Virus record (IMG/VR): IMGVR_UViG_3300021375_000026
From: an uncultured virus (IMG/VR IMGVR_UViG_3300021375_000026)
Lineage: Duplodnaviria; Heunggongvirae; Uroviricota; Caudoviricetes
Length of the DNA stretch: 64,000 bases
Reading direction: 5' to 3' (one strand)
Part shown: positions 38,144-47,075 of the stretch, in pieces
Position numbering within the stretch: position 1 is the stretch's first letter
How the letters are laid out: each line of letters begins with the position of its first letter
The notes under the pieces: generated by a model
Told to the model about the DNA's origin: nothing
Seen by the model: the letters and a program-made list of their open reading frames with translations, nothing else
The model's database searches: none
Translations under genes and position numbers: made by a program

Positions 38144-39541
38144 TCAGTCAACAAGGTCGCTCGCACCATCCTGTGAGTTTTCTCTTGGTAAATCCCCTAC
38201 TTGCTTTGGTGCTTCTGTCATTTTTCTTTCATCACCCTCTTTACCTATGGTTGGTAGGTTAAGCAAATCAAAAGATTGGTTTAGTGTAAGAAGTCCTGCA
38301 TTGTAACCCATAACGGTTCTTTGCATTATATTTAGTGGCGTTTCGCTATCCATAGCCTCAAACTTAATTGTAGGCAAATCTTGTTTGCGGTAAGAGATAC
38401 CTAACAAGTCTAAGTGTATCATAAACATTTTTGTTGCTGATTCACTCAAGATTCTGTGCATACGGCTGATTGCTTGGACAGCCCAAAGATTAGCGTTGAA
38501 TGTTGCAGCAAAGGTAGAACCTTTCTCTTGACCTGCTGCTACTCTTGGTACTTGTAGTACAGCCGCTATGTCTGCGTTAATTGTGTCGAGGAAGCCTGTA
38601 TTGTTTGGCAAACTGTTGCCTACATCTACGTGATGTAATTCTACGTAATGAGGAAGAACAGGTATTTGGTCGCCTCGCAGCCCCTCGAATAGAGTAATTA
38701 CTTCATCCATAATATGTTGAAGTCTTTGTGCCTGTTCAGCAGGGTCTTGTATGTGTTCGATAGCAGATTTGTCAATTGTAATAAACTGCTTTGTCATTGA
38801 GTCCTCTAAAGAAACTCGATTGTTCATACTGTTATATTTCATGCGTATTGGTTGCTTTAGCGACGTAAATCTACTTGCGCCCCACACACCATACGTTCTG
38901 CGTAGTTTATTATCGGTAAACCAATTAGAACGATAATCTATCCTTATGTGTAGTATTTCATTTCTAGGAATAGCACGTTCATAAGAAGTAGCCTCTCTAA
39001 GCATATACGTCTTAGCCTCGATAACGGGGTTATCTTCATCAGCAACGAAGTAAGAACCTAGGCCACCTCTTTCATCAACGATTGTTATTTGTTTTATCGG
39101 TAAACTTTGTATGTCTGTGATACCTACACCCTCTTTACCTACTATTTTGTTGATGTCATTACCGTAGACCATAAGACTTCGCATAGCATTTATCATAATG
39201 TCATCAAAGTCGAGAGTATCTTCTACTAACTCACGTATAGATTCTCTTATTTGTGAGTTTTTACCATTAGAGTAATTTATTTCATAGTTATTGGCCGTAA
39301 GAGATACCGCACGAACCGCACCGTTCAATTCGGGGTCTAACTTTAACATACTATCGTAAAGGTCAAACTCATTATCGTGGTTGCTGTCTTTTCTCAATCT
39401 TTCAGTATCACGTACAATATCGGGTACACCTGCTACTTGATTGAAAGGCTCAATCATCATACCTGCTCTTTGTATAATTGGATTAGGATTCTCTTTTTTG
39501 GTGTTACCACGAAATATATTCCACCTGCTACGCTCGGCCAT
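38144..39541 (-). CDS. Portal protein
   Basis: 465 aa; YDSM...DPEL.GAV, LMVYGND, EILHIR, YG.WGAS, IAAVLQVP; first gene of the head module. Confidence 0.85.
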   Translation of the reverse strand: MAERSRWNIFRGNTKKENPNPIIQRAGMMIEPFNQVAGVPDIVRDTERLRKDSNHDNEFDLYDSMLKLDPELNGAVRAVSLTANNYEINYSNGKNSQIRESIRELVEDTLDFDDIMINAMRSLMVYGNDINKIVGKEGVGITDIQSLPIKQITIVDERGGLGSYFVADEDNPVIEAKTYMLREATSYERAIPRNEILHIRIDYRSNWFTDNKLRRTYGVWGASRFTSLKQPIRMKYNSMNNRVSLEDSMTKQFITIDKSAIEHIQDPAEQAQRLQHIMDEVITLFEGLRGDQIPVLPHYVELHHVDVGNSLPNNTGFLDTINADIAAVLQVPRVAAGQEKGSTFAATFNANLWAVQAISRMHRILSESATKMFMIHLDLLGISYRKQDLPTIKFEAMDSETPLNIMQRTVMGYNAGLLTLNQSFDLLNLPTIGKEGDERKMTEAPKQVGDLPRENSQDGASDLVD

Positions 39542-39610
39542 ATCATATCGAGGGTATAATTGACGTTTAATACTTCGTTTTTATTTTTTTTAATGTTTTT
39601 GTGATTTACT

Positions 39611-39782
39611 GAAAGAATAAAACGCTTTACTGCTCTATTTTTTTTTATTTTTTTATTTTTTTCTTTAATGTAGAGAAGTTAACTACGTTAACTAATAGAG
39701 GGTAAGGGGGTTTACCAAACATATTATAGAAGAAATAAAAATAATTACAGACAGCCTAGCAGTCTAGCGGTTTATTTATTTT
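39611..39782. repeat. AT-rich long imperfect inverted repeat, copy 1 (candidate origin or packaging element)
   Basis: AAAGAATAAAACGCTTTACTG...T-tract / A-tract...CAGTCTAGCGGTTTATTT; shares sequence with 57859-58003. Confidence 0.6.
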
Positions 39783-39849
39783 GTAAAAGACCAAAACAAT
39801 AGAAATTATTATGCTAATACTTATATATCCCTTCAATTTATCCTTGTTT

Positions 39850-41283
39850 ATGCGAAGGGTGCATGGAGGCAAAGACCTCATCGAGAAGTTTGCGAAAGAT
39901 AGAAGTTTTAGTAATATTAGTGAGTTTGCTGAGTTTCTACACGAAGTTGAACCAAAGCGTTCAAAGAATGCTTGGCGTTCTGCCATCCAAAGGTGGATGA
40001 AGGAAGGAAATAGCCCATTTAAGGATAAAGAAGAGTATCATAATGTTGTTAACAACCGAACAAAGGTATATCACGATGAAGCGGCAGATAAATACTTAGT
40101 AGTGATGGAAGCGATAGATGGATTCTATGTAGTGGAGGGTGAAAAACACCGAGCCATGAAAAAAGCATATTCTGAGGCGGGAGGTAACTTAACAATTGAA
40201 GAAATGGCTAGAGAGTTTGAAATGCCGCCTGCTTGGGTAAGTGAATACGTTAGAGTTAACAAATGGACTCACGGTATGCAACCATTTACGGATAAAGAGA
40301 TAGAAGGTAACACCGTTGATGATTTGGTTGACGAAATACTAGCCATGCGTAAAATTGAAATTATTAAGAAGGCAGAAGGTAAAAGATGGAGACAAGTTGA
40401 GAAAGATGCTATGAAATATAACTACTTTAACGAGACAGTCAAAAAAGATTTCTTGGAAATAGCACAAAAGTGGAAACCTGCTTCCGTAAAGCGTACTAAG
40501 GCACAAAAAGAAGGTGATTTTGCCGTCGTACTTTCCCCAACTGACTTACATTTTGGTAAATATGGTTGGGTTGATGAAGTTGGACAAAGTTATGACTTAG
40601 AAGAGGCACGACATAGAGTTTTGACAAAGACCGAAGAGTTATTGAAGAGACTACCTAGTAAACCCGAAAGATTCTACGTTGGTGTGGGGTCTGATTGGTT
40701 TCATGTAGATAACGACGTTGGTACAACCACAAAGGGTACGGCACAAGATATGGCCGCTACGCCTGCACAAATATTGATGGAAGGTTGTGATTTGGCTAGA
40801 CAACATATTGACCTTTTGAGGACTGTTTCTGATGTTGAGTTAATATTTATGGGTGGTAATCACGATAGACATACAAGTATTATGTTAATGATGTACCTTG
40901 ACGCTTATTACAAAGATTGTGAGGATGTAAACGTAGTAGTTTCTCCCGAAATTAGACAATATGTTACATACGGTAATAATTTGATTGGATTTACTCACGG
41001 TGATGGTAAAGTTATGAATAAACTAAATGCTTTGATGGCTCACGAAGAAAGAAGTGCGTGGGGTAAAACATCTCACAAACTTTGGTTTCATGGACATCTA
41101 CATCATCAACAAATGCGAGAAGCGGGTGGTTGTTTGATTATACAACTTCCTAGTCTTGCAGGTGAAGATAGATACCATAGTCGTAACGGATATGTTATGG
41201 CTAAAGCAGGGTTGTCTGCATATATTATAGATAAAGAAGAAGGGTTAATTGGTAGCCTGTTTGCGCCGGTGGTACATGAATGA
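39850..41283 (+). CDS. Calcineurin-like metallophosphoesterase with N-terminal HTH region (start probably 39850)
   Basis: PTDLHFG, GSDWFH, GGNHD, FTHGD, HGHLHH; TATA box CTTATATA ~25 nt upstream. Confidence 0.85.
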   Translation: MRRVHGGKDLIEKFAKDRSFSNISEFAEFLHEVEPKRSKNAWRSAIQRWMKEGNSPFKDKEEYHNVVNNRTKVYHDEAADKYLVVMEAIDGFYVVEGEKHRAMKKAYSEAGGNLTIEEMAREFEMPPAWVSEYVRVNKWTHGMQPFTDKEIEGNTVDDLVDEILAMRKIEIIKKAEGKRWRQVEKDAMKYNYFNETVKKDFLEIAQKWKPASVKRTKAQKEGDFAVVLSPTDLHFGKYGWVDEVGQSYDLEEARHRVLTKTEELLKRLPSKPERFYVGVGSDWFHVDNDVGTTTKGTAQDMAATPAQILMEGCDLARQHIDLLRTVSDVELIFMGGNHDRHTSIMLMMYLDAYYKDCEDVNVVVSPEIRQYVTYGNNLIGFTHGDGKVMNKLNALMAHEERSAWGKTSHKLWFHGHLHHQQMREAGGCLIIQLPSLAGEDRYHSRNGYVMAKAGLSAYIIDKEEGLIGSLFAPVVHE

Positions 41284-41399
41284 GATGGACTTCTGCTAAG
41301 TGTTGGTCGTGTGGGTGGGAAGCCCCACGTATGCAAATGCACTTGGCGGTTGAAGGTAAGTGTCCTTACTGTGGAAAGAAAGATTTACATCCGAGGTGA
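41280..41399 (+). CDS. 39-aa CxxCG/CPxCG zinc-finger micro-protein (not in ORF track)
   Basis: MRWTSAKCWSCGWEAPRMQMHLAVEGKCPYCGKKDLHPR*; ATGA-coupled to the upstream gene. Confidence 0.7.
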   Translation: MRWTSAKCWSCGWEAPRMQMHLAVEGKCPYCGKKDLHPR

Positions 41400-41403
41400 T
41401 ATT

Positions 41404-42912
41404 ATGGGTTTTATGCAAGATTTTTCTATGGAACGTAGTCGAAAAGACATTAAGTATTTCTACCAATGGTTAGGTTATACTTGGGGCGACCACATAGGAG
41501 AATGGATGGAAATGTACGGTGATAGAAAGGGTGCAGAAGTGCATCGTGTTTGTATTATTGCACCACGCGACCATAGTAAGTCTACTACTCTTAGGGTAAA
41601 ACTATTACATCAATGTTTGTTTGAAAAGAAGGCAAATGGTAAACCCTTTACTTGTTGGTTGATTTCTGCGAGTAAAGATACTGCTATTAGAAGATTACAA
41701 GAGATTAGAGAGGACATGAAACAACATCCTCAGTTGTCTAGGTATCTCGACCCGAAAAGAGGTAATAAAACTGAAATGTATTTTACCAATGGGTCTTGGA
41801 TAATGGCTACATCGGTAGGTTCAGCGATTCGTGGTGAACACCCTGCTTGTGTAGCATTTGACGATGTGTTAGTTGATTCTGATGAAATGAATCCTCACAC
41901 TTTACAACAATGGTTTAGGAAGGCAATTTCCCCTATGCTTTCGCCCGGAAGTACGTTTTACGTGGTTGGTACACCTATGTCTATGACTGATTTGTACCAT
42001 ACTGAAATGTTAAGTAAAAAGACTTGGAAAAGTGGTACTTGGGGCAGTATAGTAAACTATGATGAATGGAAATCTAGTGATGGGGATATTGAGCCTAAAG
42101 CACTTTGGCCGGAATACCGTAGTGTAAAGTTTTTGTTAGAACAGAAAGAAGCGATAGGAGACTTGGAGTTTTCGCAGGAATACCTGTGTAGGGTTGTTGA
42201 CGATGACGCTTCGGTATACCCTAACAACTTAATTCGTAAGAATCTTATCATGGAACACACTATACAAACTGATAGGTTAGATAACAACAGATATATTATA
42301 GGATTTGACCCTGCACATGGTCTTGGTAAAGATTACAGCGTAATGATATGTCTTAGACAAGACGAACAAGGATTTATTCATTTTGTAAATATGTGGAGGC
42401 GTAACGATTTCCCACCGGATAAGCAAGCGGATATGTTAATCGAATGGTCTAAGAGATATGGTAACTGTGGAGTAGCAGTTGAGGATGTGGGTTTTCAACA
42501 GATGTACGAAAGTTTGCTTGCACAAAAAGGTGCGGTAGTGGATTATAGACCTAGTAAGGTAGGCAACAGAACACTCAAGCAAGGATTACTAAACAGGCTT
42601 AGAGTTTGGTTTGAGAGAGAGATGATTGCATTTCCTTATGGTGATGATGAAACCCGTAGGATGGTTGAGATTATCCTAGAAGAATTAAGACTTCACGCTT
42701 GGCGTGATGGCGTGATAGTGGACTTAGGTGTTCACAACGATACAGTAATGGCTCTTGCACACGCAATAGACCAATTTACATATAAGATTCCCGATATGCC
42801 GGTAGTTATGAAAACTATGACGGGTGGACAATGGTTAGGTGGTAAAGCCAAAATCAATAGACCCTCTAATACAGGTGTTGGTGGAAGAGTAATGGAGAGA
42901 AGAAGATTATGA
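41404..42912 (+). CDS. terL: Terminase large subunit (start reassigned to 41404)
   Basis: Walker A APRDHSKS, IRGEHP..VAFDD (Walker B), VVGTP, FSQEY, nuclease GFDPA...DYS, HNDTVMALA; GAGGTGA SD. Confidence 0.95.
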   Translation: MGFMQDFSMERSRKDIKYFYQWLGYTWGDHIGEWMEMYGDRKGAEVHRVCIIAPRDHSKSTTLRVKLLHQCLFEKKANGKPFTCWLISASKDTAIRRLQEIREDMKQHPQLSRYLDPKRGNKTEMYFTNGSWIMATSVGSAIRGEHPACVAFDDVLVDSDEMNPHTLQQWFRKAISPMLSPGSTFYVVGTPMSMTDLYHTEMLSKKTWKSGTWGSIVNYDEWKSSDGDIEPKALWPEYRSVKFLLEQKEAIGDLEFSQEYLCRVVDDDASVYPNNLIRKNLIMEHTIQTDRLDNNRYIIGFDPAHGLGKDYSVMICLRQDEQGFIHFVNMWRRNDFPPDKQADMLIEWSKRYGNCGVAVEDVGFQQMYESLLAQKGAVVDYRPSKVGNRTLKQGLLNRLRVWFEREMIAFPYGDDETRRMVEIILEELRLHAWRDGVIVDLGVHNDTVMALAHAIDQFTYKIPDMPVVMKTMTGGQWLGGKAKINRPSNTGVGGRVMERRRL

Positions 42913-43175
42913 GAACAGTATTTGGCCCAAAAAGTAAAAAGACATTATATTTAGACCGTTTGCAGGAGTTAGCAGACTCGGACTATTTCGACGAATGGAG
43001 AACTAACGAGGAAGTTATGTGGAAGGTAAACGAAGTTGTACCTGCCCGATGGACTCAATTGCATTCTTGCGGGGTGCATAAGTATATGCGTAAAATTAAA
43101 CAAGCAGATTCAATGGAAGATAAATACAAAAAGGTCATGGGTAAGAGAGTACGCTATTGGCGCAAAAGGTTATAA
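42909..43175 (+). CDS. Small winged-helix-like hypothetical protein
   Basis: 88 aa, coupled to terL; wHTH-like helix pattern. Confidence 0.55.
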   Translation: MRTVFGPKSKKTLYLDRLQELADSDYFDEWRTNEEVMWKVNEVVPARWTQLHSCGVHKYMRKIKQADSMEDKYKKVMGKRVRYWRKRL

Positions 43176-43337
43176 ATATTTTTTTTCAAAAAAATTGTAA
43201 AAAATTGTTCGTGGTGCTAGGCGGGTATAGGTACGTATATCGGTGTATTTTTGGAACTAAGTGCATAAACTACACTAGGTGTTATACACTACACTTGGTG
43301 TAAAAAACTCACCAAAAAAGAGCCAGGGAATGCTAGA

Positions 43338-43356
43338 CCGAAAACCTTAATAAGGG
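43338..43356 (+). promoter_or_regulatory. Archaeal BRE+TATA promoter for the 43.4-45.2 kb transcript
   Basis: CCGAAAACCTTAATAAGGG is a purine-rich BRE plus TTAATAAG; the first hairpin starts ~25 nt downstream. Confidence 0.6.
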
Positions 43357-43375
43357 GTATGCTAACCGAGGCTTA

Positions 43376-43590
43376 GAGCAGCGTGGCTGCTTGGACTAGG
43401 CGGTAAAAGCGACTTAGTGCGGGAACGGCGAAGCATTGAAAAATGCTTTGATGTAAGATACTGTTCAACCTTGAGTGTGATAGCATTCATCGAGTCGTGG
43501 CTAAAAATATTAGCCCAAGACGAAAAAATGAAAAATGGCCGGAGTCAATCTAGTTATCTAAATTGATAATGACACGCCAAGAAGTAATAA
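43376..43590 (+). ncRNA. Multi-hairpin structured RNA or long 5' leader
   Basis: Consecutive stems: AGCAGC/GCTGCT; ACTAGG/CTTAGT; GAACGG/CTGTTC enclosing CGAAGCATT-GAAA-AATGCTTTG; TTCAT..GTC.TGGCTAA/TTAGCC..GAC..ATGAA; TTATC/GATAA. No substantial ORF. Confidence 0.5.
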
Positions 43591-43664
43591 CCCTTTAATT
43601 AGGTAAGATGTAAGGAATCTCGGAACGCATCTATAAATAAGAAATTGAAAAGGGAGGTATATTT

Positions 43665-43946
43665 ATTTCAGTAATAGAGATAACTATATCACATGACACA
43701 CCTCACGATTTTTTCAGAAGCCTCATTGTTCTGTACCCAACAGGTACATACAAGAGGCCAATTGAAAGTTCAGAGGTGCGAGACTCAAATTGGTTTGTCC
43801 TTACGGTTAGTTCTGAAACATTCGTAAAGCAATTTACAAATGTGGAAGAGCAAACCCCCAAGGTTAAATTAGTTTGGTTCGCTAGGGAAAACGATGCCGG
43901 TCTTATGAAAGATTGGCGTTCTGACCCTGCAAACTACACCCCTTAA
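43665..43946 (+). CDS. 93-aa hypothetical protein with probable non-canonical ATT start (not in ORF track)
   Basis: AGGGAGGT SD 6 nt before an in-frame ATT. Open frame (M)SVIEITISHDTPHDFFRSLIVLYP...WRSDPANYTP*. Stop lies in the palindrome CACCCCTTAAGGGGTG. Confidence 0.6.
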   Translation: MSVIEITISHDTPHDFFRSLIVLYPTGTYKRPIESSEVRDSNWFVLTVSSETFVKQFTNVEEQTPKVKLVWFARENDAGLMKDWRSDPANYTP

Positions 43947-44103
43947 GGGGTGGTCATGTGGTTGTTGTAGTCACAAAGTCTTGTGGCCTTAGCACTAGAA
44001 CATCGGTTAAGTCTAAGCGTAAAAGGGAAAGCGTCTGATTACACAAAGCCCACCCCTCTACATGGGGGGTGTGGCCTAATATCAATAATAGGATGGACAT
44101 ATA

Positions 44104-44187
44104 ATGAATATGAGAGATGAATTAAAGATACTTATAATCACGGATGAATACGAGTATTCTGAGTGGATTATTGACGCTAACTGTTAG
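44104..44187 (+). CDS. 27-aa acidic peptide (not in ORF track)
   Basis: MNMRDELKILIITDEYEYSEWIIDANC*; occupies a cassette slot between two hairpin elements. Confidence 0.45.
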   Translation: MNMRDELKILIITDEYEYSEWIIDANC

Positions 44188-44269
44188 AGTTAGCCGAGAC
44201 GGAAATACGTAAAACTCTAGGGGGGCAGTAATGCCTCCCTAGTAGTAATAATAAAAGGAAGTTAATAAT

Positions 44270-44434
44270 ATGAAGAATGGTAATATAATTCGCTGTATCT
44301 TATGCAATCATTTCATCATGCCTAACTTTGGTTGGACATTAGGTAATAATGCTCAGCCTTTAGCACAAGGCCGATGCTGTGATGAATGCAATAAGTTAGT
44401 TATTGAAGAGAGACTTAGAATTGTCTTAGAGTAA
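44270..44434 (+). CDS. 54-aa zinc-finger protein (not in ORF track)
   Basis: CILC...GNNAQPLAQGRCCDECNKLVIEER, a pattern seen in small phage proteins; AAAGGA SD. Confidence 0.75.
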   Translation: MKNGNIIRCILCNHFIMPNFGWTLGNNAQPLAQGRCCDECNKLVIEERLRIVLE

Positions 44435-44547
44435 ATAATTAATGAGACGGACTAACATAAAATTGTGGGGGGGTAGTGCTGCAACACTACCGCCTCACTC
44501 TTAACTTAACAAGAACACCACATAATTACTAAAGGAGGTAATAAAAT

Positions 44548-44787
44548 ATGTCAACAATGAAGATATATGTATATGGTAAGAGCAAGAATGACATCAACGG
44601 TAGACTAGCAAATGGTGAAGAAGTATTAGGATATAACTTCTCCATCTTTGGCGGTGGCGGTTGGTATCATTTGGACAACACCTTAGAAGTAGGGACGATA
44701 ATAGCAACCTATACTAAGAAAGGTTCAGATGATTATTCACCTATTGCTCGATATTGGTATACTTGGAATGGTACTGCCTTAGTATAA
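44548..44787 (+). CDS. Hypothetical protein (79 aa)
   Basis: AAAGGAGGT SD; cassette slot. Confidence 0.75.
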   Translation: MSTMKIYVYGKSKNDINGRLANGEEVLGYNFSIFGGGGWYHLDNTLEVGTIIATYTKKGSDDYSPIARYWYTWNGTALV

Positions 44788-44896
44788 GGTAGTATTAGAC
44801 GGACTAACACAAAATTGTATAGGGGTAGGGTTTGCATCCTACCTCTATACTCTTAACTAAACAAGATAAATAATTATAATAAAGGAGATAATAAAT

Positions 44897-45160
44897 ATGA
44901 CAGATAAATTAGAAGATGCAATTAAAATCATAAACACCTGTATTCAAGAGGCGGCTACTAGTAATAATGCCTTTACTAAACTAAAGGTACTTAATGCTAG
45001 AATGAGCAATCAGTTAGATGATTGCTTTGGTTTAATAGCCGATTACATGGATGCTATAAGTGAAGCAGAGGCTTATGCTTCACTAGACGGTCATCATTGG
45101 GAAGAACACGATGATACACCAGATAGTATTCCATGCAACCAATTGAACGGTGAATGGTAA
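44897..45160 (+). CDS. Hypothetical acidic helical protein (87 aa)
   Basis: AAAGGAG SD; cassette slot; followed by hairpin plus T-tract. Confidence 0.75.
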   Translation: MTDKLEDAIKIINTCIQEAATSNNAFTKLKVLNARMSNQLDDCFGLIADYMDAISEAEAYASLDGHHWEEHDDTPDSIPCNQLNGEW

Positions 45161-45190
45161 GATTAAACAAGTTAGATAGAAACACGTAAA

Positions 45191-45236
45191 CCCCTCATGG
45201 GATGTCGGCAGGCATCTCATGGGGCGGCCCTTTTTT
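45191..45236 (+). terminator. Hairpin plus T6 terminator closing the mini-gene array
   Basis: CCCCTCATGGGATGTC-GGCA-GGCATCTCATGGGG followed by TTTTTT. Confidence 0.6.
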
Positions 45237-45433
45237 AATTTGTTTTATCTCTATTATAATATCCTGTTATATTAGAAAAAGAAAAAACCTATTAGAATCC
45301 AAATCCAATTATTATTTAACACTAGTGTATATATTACAAAAAAGAAAGGGATTTCAAAATCCAAATCCAAATATTATTTTAGACTCCTGCCCCATTTAGA
45401 GGCAGGAGTTTTATGTATATCCGTCAATATTAA

Positions 45434-45613
45434 TTATATTTCAAAGATTTTTTTATATGGCTTACATAATAATTTTGTATCATCAACAATAATTATCATA
45501 CAATTAATAACATTACCATCATCACTTATACTATGATAACTGACATTATAATGTGCGCCATAATTAGCATATCCATGAAAACAATATTTTGTGAAATCTA
45601 TTTTCGGCCTCAT
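45434..45613 (-). CDS. 59-aa hypothetical protein (not in ORF track)
   Basis: MRPKIDFTKYCFHGYANYGAHY...KKIFEI*; CAGGAGG SD and CTATATATA TATA box upstream. Confidence 0.65.
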   Translation of the reverse strand: MRPKIDFTKYCFHGYANYGAHYNVSYHSISDDGNVINCMIIIVDDTKLLCKPYKKIFEI

Positions 45614-45897
45614 TTTTCCTCCTGTATCTCTACAATATTTCGGAGTAGTAGTCAGTATATATAGTTATTGATTGAGCAATTTCTATTAATATTATAGTAA
45701 TTATTAATATTATTATTACTTATATTAAGAAAACAAAAAACTATTTTAGAATCCAAATCCAATTATTATTTAACACGTGTTAAAAATAAAAAAAAGAAAA
45801 CAAATCCAAATCCAAATCCAAATATTTTATTTTGACAGATTGAGGGAGATATACCCCCTCAATCCTTACGTAAATAATTTATATAATCGATCGAGAT

Positions 45898-46236
45898 TTA
45901 TAAATCAGTTTTTTTCAAGTCGCCATTTTGGTACAATATATCTGCTTCTTCTATTGTCAATTTACTTTTGTTCTGATATTTAGACAACGCTCTATTATAC
46001 AGTGCATCTGAAATACATTCATTATCAAACTCAATTATATCTGAAATATAGGCATAATTTTCATTGGATAACTTTGCTTGTGGTGTTGTATTAACTTGTT
46101 CTTCTAATGCTTCTTCAGACATAGCCGTTATTGGTCTAACATTATTCAAGGGTACATATTCAACGCCGTCTATTTCAATTACTGAACGGTAATAATCTCT
46201 TATTTTTAAGCCCCAATATATTTTATCATAATCCAT
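45898..46236 (-). CDS. Hypothetical protein (likely start MDYDKIYWG)
   Basis: Same CAGGAGGAAAAATG leader and a promoter similar to the 45434-45613 unit. Confidence 0.7.
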   Translation of the reverse strand: MDYDKIYWGLKIRDYYRSVIEIDGVEYVPLNNVRPITAMSEEALEEQVNTTPQAKLSNENYAYISDIIEFDNECISDALYNRALSKYQNKSKLTIEEADILYQNGDLKKTDL

Positions 46237-46613
46237 ACATTTTTCCTCCTGCATCTTCACTATCTCTACGGTTCTACAATTTCTGAGAGTAGGGTTCAGT
46301 ACTTAATACTTTTGATAATGGATTCTTGACAATATAACAGACCCGTAGGGCGGAAAGACTATAAGCCTGCATCTCATATCATAACCCCCACATACACTTT
46401 TTTGTGGTACATAGTGAGAATAGTAGTACCGAAAGACTATATACCCCCATCCCATGTCATAACCCCCCGATAACCTCCTTTATGCGACAAATAACACCTT
46501 TCCCCTAGTGTATAAAAAATAAAAACAAAAATTGAATCCAAAATCCAAATCCAAATTATTTATACTAGGGGGTATATACCCCCCTAGTTTTTACATCTCC
46601 TTTTTCTTAGGGC

Positions 46614-46844
46614 TTATTCTTCTTGTGTTAGACCAAACTCTTCATCGGTCATATATAGGCGGTCTACACGACCACACATATAATTGATGACCCATATAGG
46701 GGGTGCATCTTTACCTAGGCTGTATAGTGTCTCTAAGACACCTGTCATAAATGAGTCTAGTTCTTCTTCACTAGCCCCACTTACATACAATGCTCGCATT
46801 CGTTCTTCAATATATTCTTTCATGGTTTTTGCCTCCATGACCAT
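46614..46844 (-). CDS. Hypothetical protein (leaderless, MVMEAKTMKEY...)
   Basis: GTATATATA TATA box ~20-25 nt upstream of the Met codons. Confidence 0.65.
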   Translation of the reverse strand: MVMEAKTMKEYIEERMRALYVSGASEEELDSFMTGVLETLYSLGKDAPPIWVINYMCGRVDRLYMTDEEFGLTQEE

Positions 46845-47075
46845 GCTAGCAGGGGTTAGTATATATACCCTTCGGTTAAGCAATCTTGATATGATGAAGA
46901 GGTTCGTAGAACGCAACCTTTATAGACCTACTGTGGTACGTTGAGGATGATTAGGATAGGCCGAAGAGAGACACAATTTGCAGTATATTGAAAAGAAAAA
47001 CATAAAGAATAAAAATCCAAATATGAAGAGGGAGGCCGTTGCAGCGACCTCACCTCAACATAATATGGTGGCAAT

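Larger units (their letters stand above)
44035..45236 (+). repeat. Array of 4-5 intergenic motif+hairpin elements separating mini-genes
   Basis: KAGAYRGAMWHACRYAAA at 44196, 44444, 44796, 45173 (degenerate at ~44035), each followed by an 11-14 bp stem-loop. Confidence 0.8.

Noticed and set aside
44035..45236. CRISPR or mini-CRISPR array
   Set aside because: Repeats are degenerate, spacing is 160-380 bp, and the intervals are SD-led ORFs rather than 30-40 bp spacers.
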